DNA of 64,000 nucleotides. It comes from an uncultured Gammaproteobacteria bacterium (GTDB lineage Bacteria > Patescibacteriota > Patescibacteriia > UBA9934 > GWF2-40-263). Under the pieces are notes generated by a model that was given only the letters and a program-made list of their open reading frames with translations, was not told the origin of the DNA and ran no database searches. The stretch spans positions 12,715-76,714 of the forward strand of contig CAYNRK010000004.1 of NCBI GenBank assembly GCA_964399675.1, in the 5' to 3' direction. Position numbers and translations under genes: made by a program. This document shows, one piece after another, positions 19,078-28,429 of the stretch. Positions within the stretch are counted from its first letter, which is position 1, and each line of letters starts with the position of its first letter.

Positions 19078-20032
19078 ACATTTAGAACCTGAGCCTACAA
19101 ACGAGAACGAAACCAACTTACAAAAACCAAAATCTTCTTTATCAAATTTTTTTTCTACAAAGCGTGGAAAGCAAGTGATTGGAATTATTGTTGTTTTGGT
19201 GGTTGTTATAGGGCTTGTATTTTCGGTTTATAAACGAAGTCCTGATGACAAGCTTGTAAGGTTTGTGTCTGCAATTATTCCAATCCCTGCAATTAGCGTG
19301 GATTCACACTCGGTTCGGATGTCTGAATATTTGGTGGAATATGATGCTTTGATTAATTATTTTAATTCCATTGGAGAGGTTGATGAGATTCAAAAGGATC
19401 AAATTAAAGATACTATTGTTGAGACTTTGATTAATAAAGAGGTTGTTAATATTTTAACGGAGGAACACGGTATTTCCGTTGATGATGAAATAGTTGAAGC
19501 ATATTACAATGAAGTTGTTCTTGGTCAGGGAGGACAAGAGTCGTTTGAAACAGAGGCTCAAGAAATGTTTGGTTGGACAAATGAAGAGTTTAAAGAACGT
19601 ATTGTAGAGCCGATTGTGCTGGCACTTAAAATGAGTTCGTATGTGTTAAGCAATGTTGAGATCCAGTCGGGAAAGCGCAGCACTGTTGATAATGCACATG
19701 AGCGGATTATGAATGGGGAAGATTTTGTTTTAGTGGCAAAAGAGGTGCACACGCAAGAGCAGGTGATGTTTGAAACAGATCTTGGGTTTATCAAAATGTC
19801 TGAGTTACCAGAGGAGTTGGTTCATGTGATTGGTGTGCTTCAAGAAGATGAGGTTACAGATGTTATTGATATGTCAGATGCGTTTGTTATTTTCCAACTT
19901 AAAGAAAGAATTAAAACCGGCGATGATTCGCAATTGCATTTGTACTCGCTGACTGTGCCGAAAAAAACATTGGAGGATATGGCTAAAGAGTATTTGTTGA
20001 CGGCAAAGGTTAAAAGATACATCAAATCATAA
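19067..20032 (+). CDS. hypothetical membrane-anchored protein
   Basis: ORF with one N-terminal TM helix. Start set at the first Met after the upstream gene. Weak SurA/parvulin-like flavour only. Confidence 0.4.
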   Translation: MKIEHLEPEPTNENETNLQKPKSSLSNFFSTKRGKQVIGIIVVLVVVIGLVFSVYKRSPDDKLVRFVSAIIPIPAISVDSHSVRMSEYLVEYDALINYFNSIGEVDEIQKDQIKDTIVETLINKEVVNILTEEHGISVDDEIVEAYYNEVVLGQGGQESFETEAQEMFGWTNEEFKERIVEPIVLALKMSSYVLSNVEIQSGKRSTVDNAHERIMNGEDFVLVAKEVHTQEQVMFETDLGFIKMSELPEELVHVIGVLQEDEVTDVIDMSDAFVIFQLKERIKTGDDSQLHLYSLTVPKKTLEDMAKEYLLTAKVKRYIKS

Positions 20033-20066
20033 AAACAGACATGATAATTTTTTTTGGGGGACTCAT

Positions 20067-20142
20067 GCCACCGTAGCTCAGCTGGTAGAGCAATACTTTC
20101 GTAAAGTAGAGGTCAGCGGTTCGACTCCGCTCGGTGGCTCCA
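20067..20142 (+). tRNA. tRNA-Thr (anticodon CGT)
   Basis: Manual cloverleaf. Loop TTCGTAA, T-arm GGTTCGACTCC, encoded CCA. Confidence 0.85.
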
Positions 20143-20158
20143 GAAAGGATCATCTGTG

Positions 20159-20232
20159 GCGGATGTAGTTCAATGGTAGAATGTAAGCTTCCCAAGCTTG
20201 AGGCGGGGGTTCGATTCCCCTCATCCGCTCCA
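20159..20232 (+). tRNA. tRNA-Gly (anticodon CCC)
   Basis: Manual cloverleaf. Loop TTCCCAA, T-arm GGGGGTTCGATTCCCCT, encoded CCA. Confidence 0.85.
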
Positions 20233-20312
20233 AGGGGTCTTTTTTTGTTTGTAAACAGAAAACCCCCGCAGTCCAAGTCGGACTTTGGGGGCAGGGGGAG
20301 AAGTGGTTGTGG

Positions 20313-21620
20313 CTACTGACAGACGACGTTGAACTCGCCGCTGCCGAGACCACATTCGTTCCAGCGGGCCGAAGTGCAGGTGACCGTCTTGAATTCGTTG
20401 CCACCGGCCTGGGCTCGACCGACGAATGCTGCCACGTGCGTTTCGAACGGTCCTCCGCCTTCCACGCAGACTGCGTCACCGATTTCGTAGTTGGTGTGGA
20501 AGTAGACCTCGCGATTGGACGGGATCTCGAGCGGGATCTCGAGGTTCCAGATCATGAGGTACATGTGCGCTCGCTCCCGCGCCTCATCCAAATCCCGGAC
20601 GAGCGGAAGGTTCACGTACTCTACCCTGTCCTCGTACGGAACTGCCAGGTAGAGCTGGAAGGTTGTGTTGCGTCCCATTGCCCAGCTTGCACCTACCAGG
20701 ATTTCGATCGTGTCGATCGTCACCTGGTTGTACCTGGTCCTGACACGAACCGCCTGGGTGTCCAGACGGTTGTCCACTAGATCACTGCAATTGACCACCT
20801 CGGGCACGATGCGTTCGGGCTGGTCTGTGCAGAGAGCCTTGTTGCAGGGCTCGTTGGGTTCGTTGAGTTCCACACATTCGCCGTCCAGACAGAGACCGCT
20901 TTCACACGAGGAGAAGTCCTGCATTGCGCTGTGCACACATTCGCCGTCTGGCGTGCACCGATCCTGCGTGCACTCGTTGCTATCTCCGCAGTGATCGTTT
21001 CCGGTGCACTCCACGCAGCCGGTTGTTGATACTACTCCTTCGGTCTGTGAGATGCACCACCGTTCGGGCTCGTCACATACTCGAATGAGGTTCTCGCATC
21101 GGTTGTTGATGCAGAAGTACTCGCGACACGGCTCGCCTGTGATTGGGCAGTGACGGTCTTCGGTACAGTCCATGCCCGGATCCTCACCAAAGCAGACACC
21201 TTCCTCACACCGGCCATGCGTACCGCACGGCACGTTGTGGAGCGGGACACTCTCGCACCTACCGAAGTAGTTGCACTTGTCGAACGTGCACGGGTTGTTG
21301 TCCAGGCAATGCATCGGATCCGTGCATTCGATACAGCCCGGAACCTTGGTGTTGTAGGACGCGTGGGGCACGCACCACTCACCCTCGCCACAGAGGACCG
21401 ATGCCCACTCGCATCGGTTGTTGAGGCAGACCGGGATGAGACAGGCGTTGCCAGTCCCGCAGTCCAGATCCTCCCAACACTCGATGTTGGGATCGGTTGG
21501 TTGCGAACCCGCGTCCGTGTCGGAGTACGGAACTCCTGTGAACACGAGTTCACGTGTTCGTGCGTCATCGCATCCCCCGAGGAACACAACGAGCAGGGAA
21601 GCGATCATCAGCTTGTACAT
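20313..21620 (-). CDS. cysteine-rich secreted lipoprotein with Cys-repeat modules (GC-rich island)
   Basis: Signal peptide plus lipobox (..VVFLGGC). Many CxxDxxC / CTxDxC repeats. Strong SD aaggtgg. Composition about 60% GC against the AT-rich flanks. Confidence 0.7.
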   Translation of the reverse strand: MYKLMIASLLVVFLGGCDDARTRELVFTGVPYSDTDAGSQPTDPNIECWEDLDCGTGNACLIPVCLNNRCEWASVLCGEGEWCVPHASYNTKVPGCIECTDPMHCLDNNPCTFDKCNYFGRCESVPLHNVPCGTHGRCEEGVCFGEDPGMDCTEDRHCPITGEPCREYFCINNRCENLIRVCDEPERWCISQTEGVVSTTGCVECTGNDHCGDSNECTQDRCTPDGECVHSAMQDFSSCESGLCLDGECVELNEPNEPCNKALCTDQPERIVPEVVNCSDLVDNRLDTQAVRVRTRYNQVTIDTIEILVGASWAMGRNTTFQLYLAVPYEDRVEYVNLPLVRDLDEARERAHMYLMIWNLEIPLEIPSNREVYFHTNYEIGDAVCVEGGGPFETHVAAFVGRAQAGGNEFKTVTCTSARWNECGLGSGEFNVVCQ

Positions 21621-21824
21621 GTTTCCACCTTTGTGGATGACCGGCCATCGGCCTACCTTTTACGCTCGCGCGTCCGTTTGTCATTGCTGAAAATGACATT
21701 CGGAGGTCAAGATCTCTAAACAATTCAATCAGGTTGGCGCCTAATCAAACAGAGAAACAATATACCAGAAAATTAGGCTTTTGTCAACAGTTCTCGTATG
21801 GTAAAATGAATAAGCTTTTGGAAT

Positions 21825-22505
21825 ATGATCCGTCTTAAAAACGTTTCAAAATTTTATCTACCCAACATTGTTGGTGTGCAAGGTGTTAGTCTCCACATTC
21901 CGGCCGGGGAATTTGTTTCTATTGTGGGTCAAAGCGGAACCGGAAAAACCACACTTGCAAAGCTTTTGTTTGTTGAGGAGCGACCAAGTCGAGGGAAAAT
22001 TGAGATTGGTGGATGGGATATTAGTAAAATTGATGAGCGTGAGGTTCCACTTCTTCGCAGGCAAATGGGAGTTGTTTTTCAGGATTTTAAGTTGCTTCCC
22101 AAGAAAACCGTTTACGAAAATATTGCTTTTGCACTTCAGGTTGCGGGTGCCAGGCCAAAACGAATTCGAGAAGTTGTGCCACGCGTCTTAGATATTGTGG
22201 GGCTTTCAGATAAACACAATCGCTATCCAAAACAACTTTCAGGCGGGGAGGCACAGCGTGTTGCAATTGGAAGAGCGCTTGTTCATCAACCAAAATTGTT
22301 TGTAGCTGATGAGCCAACCGGAAATCTTGATACTTTAAACACGCTTGAAATAATTGATCTTCTTAAAAAAATAAATGAGTTTGGCACAACAGTTGTTTTG
22401 GTCACACACAACCGAGAGGTTGTTAATCGTTTGAAAAAAAGAGTCATCACATTAGATGACGGTCGGGTTGTTTCAGATGTGGAAGAGGGAAGATATAAAT
22501 TATAA
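21825..22505 (+). CDS. ftsE: cell-division ABC ATPase
   Basis: Walker A GQSGTGKTT, ABC signature LSGGEAQRVAIGRAL, Walker B LFVADEPTGNLD. Confidence 0.85.
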   Translation: MIRLKNVSKFYLPNIVGVQGVSLHIPAGEFVSIVGQSGTGKTTLAKLLFVEERPSRGKIEIGGWDISKIDEREVPLLRRQMGVVFQDFKLLPKKTVYENIAFALQVAGARPKRIREVVPRVLDIVGLSDKHNRYPKQLSGGEAQRVAIGRALVHQPKLFVADEPTGNLDTLNTLEIIDLLKKINEFGTTVVLVTHNREVVNRLKKRVITLDDGRVVSDVEEGRYKL

Positions 22506-22612
22506 TTGCTGTCATCCCGAGCGAAGGCCCGTCAGACGGGCCGAAGCCGAGGGATCTCGAATATTGCGAGATCTCTCCGCTCGCTTCGCTCGGTCGAGAT
22601 GACATCTAGTAT
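22505..22612. repeat. family-A palindromic element (modules 3 and 4 plus the ggcccgtcagacgggcc submodule)
   Basis: gtcatcccgagcgaag..gagggatctcgaatattgcgagatctctcc..tcgagatgac. Confidence 0.8.
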
Positions 22613-23525
22613 GTTTGTAAATTCATACAGAGTAACAAAATTCGCTTTCCAGAATTTCTGGAGAAATTTTTGGTTGTCCATAGTGACAATAAGCATGTTG
22701 ATTTTGACATTGCTTACAATTAATATTTTGCTTGTTCTGAATCATGTTACAAATCAGGCAATAGGGTTTGTTGAGGATCGGATTGAGGTGTCAGTGTATT
22801 TTCACGATTCAACTGAGGAAGAAACAGTAACATCAGCGGTTGATTATTTGCGATCATTAGCGCAGGTTAAAAATGTTGAAACGATTTCAGCTGGTGAAGC
22901 TTATGAACGATTTGTTGAACGACACCAAGACGAGCCGGCAATTATGGATTCGCTTGAAGAGTTGGGTGGTAATCCATTTGGTCCAACCCTAATAGTAAAA
23001 GCGTTTGCTGCCGAGGACTTTGATTTGATTATTGAGGCTTTGGATAATCCAAAGTTTAGAGATGATATTAGGGAAAAAGATTTTTCAGATTATGAGCAAA
23101 TAGTTGAAAAGATTCAATCAACAACCAGCAAGATTCGAACGTTTGGGGTTGTGTTATCTTTGATCTTTTTGTTTATTGCCACTTTGATTATTTTCAACAC
23201 AGTCCGAATGGGGGTTTTTGTACACAGAGAAGAAATTGGAATAATGAAATTGGTTGGAGCATCGAATTGGTTTGTAAGAGCACCGTTTATACTTGAGGCG
23301 ATTTTGCTTAGTTTGATCACAGTGGCACTTGTTGCAATTCTTGTTTATCCAACTATTTCAATTTTAGAACCAAAGTTTGATTTGTATTTTGGCGGACAGA
23401 GTTCAGAGGTGGTTGAGTATTTCAAACAAAACGGACTTAAGATTTTCGGCATTCAATTGCTTGTAATGATTGCCTTGACCATAATTTCAACAAGCATGGC
23501 TATAAGGAAGTATTTGAAGGTTTAG
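22601..23525 (+). CDS. ftsX: cell-division permease
   Basis: 4-TM FtsX-like permease following ftsE. The track ORF starts at 22506 because the repeat is open in frame. Start placed at the first Met after the repeat. Confidence 0.75.
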
Positions 23526-23568
23526 ACTTGAATTTTTTTCTATTGTCATTTACAATCCGCTCGTTCAC

Positions 23569-23642
23569 TCCCGGATCGTCTAATGGCAGGACACCTGGTT
23601 TTGGTCCAGGCAATCGGGGTTCGAATCCCTGTCCGGGAACCA
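23569..23642 (+). tRNA. tRNA-Gln (anticodon TTG)
   Basis: Manual cloverleaf. U1-A72 start, loop TTTTGGT, T-arm GGGGTTCGAATCCCTG, CCA. Confidence 0.8.
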
Positions 23643-23682
23643 AAGCAAAAACACCAGTCAAGCTGGTGTTTTTGCTTTGGAA
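23643..23682 (+). terminator. terminator hairpin after tRNA-Gln
   Basis: aaagcaaaaacaccag-tcaa-gctggtgtttttgcttt. Confidence 0.7.
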
Positions 23683-23803
23683 AAGTCCAGAATCCAGACC
23701 TGGCTCCTTTGTCCCTTTTCAAGCCGGTCAGAAATCAAGATTAAAATAAAAAAACAGCAAGTCATCCTTGCGTGCTTCTATCACAATTATCCATCCAGAT
23801 TGT

Positions 23804-24067
23804 TTATTTCAAGTGTTGGTCGAACTGATCTTTTGTACAAATTTCTGTTGCAACAACCCTCCTCATTAAATCTTTTATAATATATTTATTCACTGTATTG
23901 TGTTTGAAAGGTATCGGGAATGGTCTTGACCAAGAGTCGTGTTTAATTAGCCATTGATGTTTTCCTCCATTATCAACTGTAAATCCGGTTTGAGCCTCTA
24001 ACCATTTCAACAACTTTAATACCTTATTGCGCTTTACATCTGCATACTCTCCCATAGTTCTTTTCAT
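23804..24067 (-). CDS. hicA: HicA-family toxin (mRNA interferase)
   Basis: About 87 aa with ..GGKHQWLIKHD..PIPFKHNTVNKYIIKDL.., the HicA dsRBD-like signature. Confidence 0.7.
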   Translation of the reverse strand: MKRTMGEYADVKRNKVLKLLKWLEAQTGFTVDNGGKHQWLIKHDSWSRPFPIPFKHNTVNKYIIKDLMRRVVATEICTKDQFDQHLK

Positions 24068-24460
24068 TTAAGAAGCGGGTAACGCAACTTTGCCAAAATT
24101 AAAAGAAGATTTTTTAATTGCTGTATTGTTCAATTCATCAAATTCTTTTTGTGATGGTCTTACTCTGTAATGTCCACCTAATTCTTTTGCGTAATTAAGA
24201 GGGATTTTATAAACAGCATAAAGTACATCATTCACCATTTCAATAAACTCTTGAGCAGATTTGGCTTGAGTTATATAACGCTCACCATCAACATCAATAA
24301 AACCTATTATAAAGTCACCGTCTCTTTTCCAAGAAACACTGACTGGATTACTAAGTTTATGGGCGTTTGCTACCAAGACTTCAAATATAATTTCACTATC
24401 TCCAAAGATAGCTTCCTTTATTATTGACAGTTTGTATTTAAGTGGTGATAAAGCAGGCAT
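24068..24460 (-). CDS. hicB: HicB-family antitoxin
   Basis: Directly upstream of hicA in the same operon. UPF0150-like ..FEVLVANAHKL..SVSWKRDGDFIIGFIDVDGERY... Start set at the internal Met. Confidence 0.65.
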   Translation of the reverse strand: MPALSPLKYKLSIIKEAIFGDSEIIFEVLVANAHKLSNPVSVSWKRDGDFIIGFIDVDGERYITQAKSAQEFIEMVNDVLYAVYKIPLNYAKELGGHYRVRPSQKEFDELNNTAIKKSSFNFGKVALPAS

Positions 24461-24639
24461 AAAAAATTTGAAATTCAAAAGGAGAATTATCAATAAAACT
24501 CAATGTTGTCAATAATACTCATTCAATTTGATTATATCATTGAATTCTCAGCTTAGATACACTCTGGCAATTAAGGAGGTTCAAACGACTAAAACAAAAA
24601 CACCTTCAATTACAGCAAGGGTTTGTTGAGAACAAAAGA

Positions 24640-24690
24640 ATATACTTATAAAATACTTCGCGATCGCGAAGTATTTTATAACAACTTTTC
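24640..24690. terminator. perfect palindrome tacttataaaatacttcgcgatcgcgaagtattttataa (bidirectional terminator-like)
   Basis: Member of the TACTTATA..CGATCG..TATAAGTA hairpin family. Confidence 0.6.
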
Positions 24691-24776
24691 AAAAAGAAAA
24701 GCCGCCTGTACAAGAACGGAAACGTATCGGCATTTGAGTTATGCAAACAGTTTTTCTTGTATGGCGGTTGAGCAGC

Positions 24777-24983
24777 CTATGAGGAGGCCAGTCCGAGTTC
24801 CTCGAGGCTCTTGAACGGAACGACGGTGACCTGGTGATGCTTGTCATTGGAAGTGACACCAACATCGCTTCCGTCGTCTGGGTCACCTACTCGAAGTCGC
24901 TTCTGCCTGCACCATTCCATGGCGTTATCTATGGCGATCTGCTTGGTGAACGGCCCGTCTTCTGTGAAGCTCACTACGTGCAC
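24777..24983 (-). CDS. hypothetical small protein (GC-rich island)
   Basis: 68-aa ORF. Downstream motif gcggcttttcttttt is shared with the next gene. Confidence 0.35.
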   Translation of the reverse strand: MHVVSFTEDGPFTKQIAIDNAMEWCRQKRLRVGDPDDGSDVGVTSNDKHHQVTVVPFKSLEELGLASS

Positions 24984-25188
24984 GGCTCTTTGGTTTTCAT
25001 TACCCAGTCTCCTTTTCCTCGGTTCGAGAGTGTGGTCGATTTGGTTAAGGTTTTGTATCAGAAAACCAAAAGTCTGTCAATCCAAAACAACCTTATTATT
25101 AAAAGAGAATTTTTTACTCAAAAAGAAAAGCCGCGCCTTAGAGTAGACGGGCCGTGCGTGTGCTGCTCATGGCAGCTGGTTGCTGCGG

Positions 25189-25521
25189 TTAGGCAGCGAT
25201 CGGGACGATCTCGTAGCTTCCGAAGCGTCCGATACCACCGATGGCGGCCTTGTCAGCGCTTGTCAGGCCGAAGAGCTCGGTGTATCCCGCTGCCACGTTG
25301 GGGTGGAAGCCGGCGAGCAGTCTCGCGAGTGTTCCGGTTCTGGTGCCCATGCCGCCTTCGGGGCTGTCGAGGAAGGCCTCGAAGCTGCCATCGTCGCGAC
25401 GTTCGATGTGGTTATCCCACAGAGACCTGCCCCACATGATCCACCTCTCGACCCTGATCACTCTGCCATCTCTGACAGTGATCTTGTTCGGGGGAAGCTC
25501 GACGTTTGCTCGGCTGGCCAT
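25189..25521 (-). CDS. hypothetical protein (GC-rich island)
   Basis: 110-aa ORF in a roughly 60% GC block. Shares the downstream gcggcttttctttttga motif. Confidence 0.4.
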   Translation of the reverse strand: MASRANVELPPNKITVRDGRVIRVERWIMWGRSLWDNHIERRDDGSFEAFLDSPEGGMGTRTGTLARLLAGFHPNVAAGYTELFGLTSADKAAIGGIGRFGSYEIVPIAA

Positions 25522-25662
25522 GAAGCACCTTCCTTGTCGATGATCTGTTTCGGATGGAGTTAATTATTTTTACAGGTATGAAGTTGCATTGTCAACAAAA
25601 ACACCTTCATCAGAGAGAAGGGTTTGTTGATTTTTCTTTACACATGAGGAAGAATAAGATAT

Positions 25663-26352
25663 ATGCCTATTGACCAAAAAGAATGGGAACAGGAGGTTCG
25701 AGATGTATTTGAAAAAATGAAAACACATCAAGAACCGTACGATATTTCTGTTGATGGAGTTGATATTACAATTCTTCCAAATGTATTTTCACCCGCTTAC
25801 TTTACTGATAGCGCCTGGTTTACCAGACATGTTTCCAGAATTGCAAAAGATAAAACATTACTTGAGATTGGAACTGGCACTGGTATTGTTGCTTTGTTTG
25901 TAGCGCTTAATGGCGCGACAGTGACTGCAACAGATATAAGTCCGGATGCAGTTGAAAATGCAAAGCTTAATTTTGAAAAATACGGTATTGATGCAAGTGT
26001 GTATTTGGGAAACATGTACGAACCTATTCCAACAGATTCTCAATTTGATATAATTTTTTGGAACCATCCATTTAACAAAGGCGATAATCCAGACGAAGAA
26101 ATTTTGTTGCAATCCGGATTTGATTATAACTATAATTCGCTAAAACAATATCTTGGAAATGCAGAGCGCTTTTTAAAACCAAACGGTCAGTTGCTATTAG
26201 GAACAGGGAATTTTGCAAAGTTAGATGAAGTTGAAAAGATTGCCTCTGAGGCAGGTTATGAAATGGAGCTTCTTGTTAAAGAAGACATGCCTCTTGCTGC
26301 TTCAAGTGAAATTGACAACGATTATCGAATCTATTCATTTTTCAAAAATTAG
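25663..26352 (+). CDS. class I SAM-dependent methyltransferase (NPPY-type, HemK/RsmC-like)
   Basis: Motif I LEIGTGTGIVAL and motif IV IIFWNHPF. Confidence 0.7.
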   Translation: MPIDQKEWEQEVRDVFEKMKTHQEPYDISVDGVDITILPNVFSPAYFTDSAWFTRHVSRIAKDKTLLEIGTGTGIVALFVALNGATVTATDISPDAVENAKLNFEKYGIDASVYLGNMYEPIPTDSQFDIIFWNHPFNKGDNPDEEILLQSGFDYNYNSLKQYLGNAERFLKPNGQLLLGTGNFAKLDEVEKIASEAGYEMELLVKEDMPLAASSEIDNDYRIYSFFKN

Positions 26353-26378
26353 TAAGATCGTGTTATAGTTATCTCACT

Positions 26379-26852
26379 ATGCCAAACCCAACCGGACTAT
26401 TTATTGGGAAATTTCAACCATTTCATAATGGGCATTTTTTGGTGATTGGAGGAATGACAAAGGTGTGTGGAAAGATCCTTGTTGGTGTTGAAAAAGTTGA
26501 TAAACCGTTTACTTCACAAGAAAGGAAAGAAATGATGCAACGTGCGTTGCAGGCCAAGAATTTGATTCCAATGTTTGATATCAATTTTATTGATCTTCCA
26601 GAGCGATCTGCTGATTGGGCTGATAAGGTTTTGGAAGCCACTGGTCCGGTTGATAAACTTTGGTGTGGAGATGAGGAAACAAAAAAGTTGTTTGAAGGAA
26701 AAATTGAAGTGCAGAACATTGCAGAGGTTCCGGGGATTTCCTGTTCTGAAATTCAAGAGAAAATGAAAACAGGAGGGGATTGGCAATGGAATGTTCCAGA
26801 TGAGGTTGTGACGTATATAAGAGAGGTTGAAGGATTAAAAAGAATTACCTAA
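26379..26852 (+). CDS. nicotinamide-nucleotide adenylyltransferase (NadM-like cytidylyltransferase fold)
   Basis: GLFIGKFQPFHNGH is the (H/T)xGH nucleotidyltransferase motif in the NadM context. Confidence 0.7.
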   Translation: MPNPTGLFIGKFQPFHNGHFLVIGGMTKVCGKILVGVEKVDKPFTSQERKEMMQRALQAKNLIPMFDINFIDLPERSADWADKVLEATGPVDKLWCGDEETKKLFEGKIEVQNIAEVPGISCSEIQEKMKTGGDWQWNVPDEVVTYIREVEGLKRIT

Positions 26853-26885
26853 AAAACGCGAGCTGATAGCTCGCGTTTTTTTATT
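26852..26885. terminator. bidirectional rho-independent terminator
   Basis: aaaaaacgcgagc-tgata-gctcgcgtttttt between convergent genes. Confidence 0.75.
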
Positions 26886-26905
26886 CTCGTATTATTTTTT
26901 GTTCA

Positions 26906-27472
26906 TCATTTTACAATCAGAGCACCTTCCATTCCAAATGTTTGGTGACTTCCAACATCACAGTAAAAAGGATACTCGCCTGATTTTGTTGGCGCAGTAA
27001 ACGTCAGTGCTTCACCTTGCTTGATCGAGTAATCAAGATTAATCTCATCAATCACAAATGTATGGAAGCCGGCATTTTTTGTGAATGAGATTGTAATTTT
27101 TTCACCTGGGCTTGCATTAATAACATTTGGGGAAAAGAAGAAGTTTCCAGATTCCATATTCAAACTGTTACCGGTTGGATCGCCAAGAACAACATCTGTT
27201 ACTGGCACACCGTCTTCTTCATCAGGTAGATCTTCAGCCTCTGGTTCTTCTGTAATGGGTTTATAAGTAACATTCATGCCAGAATCAGTTTTAACAGTTA
27301 TTGTTTCAGAATCTTCTGCCTGGCTTTCTTGATCATCTGATCCGCCTTTAATAATATCCATTACATCTGAACGGCTGTCTGCTGATTTTGTTTCTGTTTG
27401 AGATTCTGTTGCAGATGCGCATCCTCCCCCAATAAGAACAAGAATTCCAAGACTTATAAGGGTTTTTTTCAT
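26906..27472 (-). CDS. cupredoxin-domain lipoprotein (plastocyanin/azurin-like)
   Basis: Lipobox ..IGGGC. C-terminal type 1 Cu ligands H..C....H....M (FYCDVGSHQTFGM). Confidence 0.7.
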   Translation of the reverse strand: MKKTLISLGILVLIGGGCASATESQTETKSADSRSDVMDIIKGGSDDQESQAEDSETITVKTDSGMNVTYKPITEEPEAEDLPDEEDGVPVTDVVLGDPTGNSLNMESGNFFFSPNVINASPGEKITISFTKNAGFHTFVIDEINLDYSIKQGEALTFTAPTKSGEYPFYCDVGSHQTFGMEGALIVK

Positions 27473-27477
27473 AATTT

Positions 27478-27605
27478 TTCCTTTGTCATCCCGAGCGAGC
27501 CCATTCGACTCACTTCGTTCGCTCAGGGCAGGCTCCGCGAGCCGAGGGATCTCGTATATTCGAGATCTCTCCGCTCGGCTGACGCCTCGGTCGAGATGAC
27601 ATTAG
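27478..27605. repeat. family-A palindromic element
   Basis: gtcatcccgagcgagcc..gagggatctcgtatattcgagatctctcc..tcgagatgac. Confidence 0.8.
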
Positions 27606-27726
27606 ATAGATAAAGGGGTTAATCTTTCTACGTTAAGATTAACGCGATTTCACTTAGATGACAAGATGATACCAAAGCTTAGCTTTGGTAAGAGGATTAT
27701 CCACAGTTTATTGTGGGTATTTTTGT

Positions 27727-27755
27727 TGACGAGTGTTTGTGTGTGGGATAGAATG
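27727..27755 (+). promoter_or_regulatory. sigma70-like promoter (TTGACG-17-TAGAAT) with about 145-nt structured leader upstream of mraZ
   Basis: Hexamers read directly. The leader contains several hairpins. Confidence 0.45.
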
Positions 27756-27906
27756 GTTGGGAGTGGAGAAAAGTGGGGATTAGCGAAGTTCTTCGCTGAT
27801 GCTCACTTTTGTTACTTGACCCAGGCTATCCACCTTCGCTAAAGCTTCGGTGGACAGGAAGCCTGGGGCTACCGGTTAATTCGTGAGCTTTCACTCAAGC
27901 GCCTCT

Positions 27907-28338
27907 ATGTTTATTGGAGAATATAAACATGCCATAGATGAGAAGGGACGTCTTGCGATTCCCAAAAAATTTCGAAAGAAATTAGAAAAAGGCGCTGTTG
28001 TTACAAGAGGATTGGACACAGCTCTTTTCCTGTTTCCCAAGGAGGAGTGGGACAAGCTCGCGGAAAAACTCGCAAGTTTGCCCCTGGGGCAATCCAATAG
28101 CCGTGCATTCGCCCGACTCATGCTTGCGGGCGCAATGGACGTGGCTTTGGACAAACAGGGGAGGGTTGTGATTCCGGAATATTTACGCTCATACGCAACA
28201 CTAAAAAAGAACGTTATTGTTGCCGGACTTTTTACGCGCCTTGAACTTTGGGATGAAAAGAAATGGGAGGCGTATAAGAAAAAGGTTGAAGGCGATGCAG
28301 AAAGTGTTGCTGAGAAATTAGGAGAGTTAGGGTTTTAG
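27907..28338 (+). CDS. mraZ: transcriptional regulator MraZ
   Basis: MFIGEYKHAIDEKGRLAIPKKFR and a second ..DKQGRVVIPEYLR repeat (two MraZ/SpoVT-AbrB-like halves). Start at the Met matching the canonical MraZ N-terminus. Confidence 0.85.
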   Translation: MFIGEYKHAIDEKGRLAIPKKFRKKLEKGAVVTRGLDTALFLFPKEEWDKLAEKLASLPLGQSNSRAFARLMLAGAMDVALDKQGRVVIPEYLRSYATLKKNVIVAGLFTRLELWDEKKWEAYKKKVEGDAESVAEKLGELGF

Positions 28339-28429
28339 AAAATTCAGGATTCCAGGTCGCGCGGAGGAGAAGCGGCCCGGCATCCTGAAGTAAGTCCGTG
28401 TGACCCATTGTATGGAAAATTTTAACCAT

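Noticed and set aside
20022-20276. ORF 20022..20276 (-) and 20134..20319 (+)
   Set aside because: They overlap tRNA-Thr and tRNA-Gly entirely.
20307-21719. Several long ORFs on both strands (20307..20780 +, 21032..21589 -, 21150..21719 +, 21143..21424 +, 20665..20994 +) overlapping the Cys-rich lipoprotein gene
   Set aside because: GC-rich DNA is stop-poor in all frames. Only 20313..21620 (-) has a signal peptide, an SD and the coherent Cys-repeat architecture.
22506-22600. N-terminal extensions of ftsX (22506), recJ (47514), the rimK-like gene (to 40321), lgt (58485) and DUF559 (49435, 52839) given by the ORF track
   Set aside because: The extra codons are family-A or family-C repeat sequence that happens to be open in frame. 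Starts were moved to the first Met after the repeat. This is uncertain without RBS or experimental data.
27760-27906. SRP (4.5S) RNA-like hairpin cccaggct..ggacaggaagcctgggg upstream of mraZ
   Set aside because: It only partially resembles the AGGAAGC/CAGG helix-8 motifs. It has no own terminator before the mraZ start codon and lies downstream of a TTGACG-17-TAGAAT promoter. It is better explained as the structured 5' leader of the mraZ operon.
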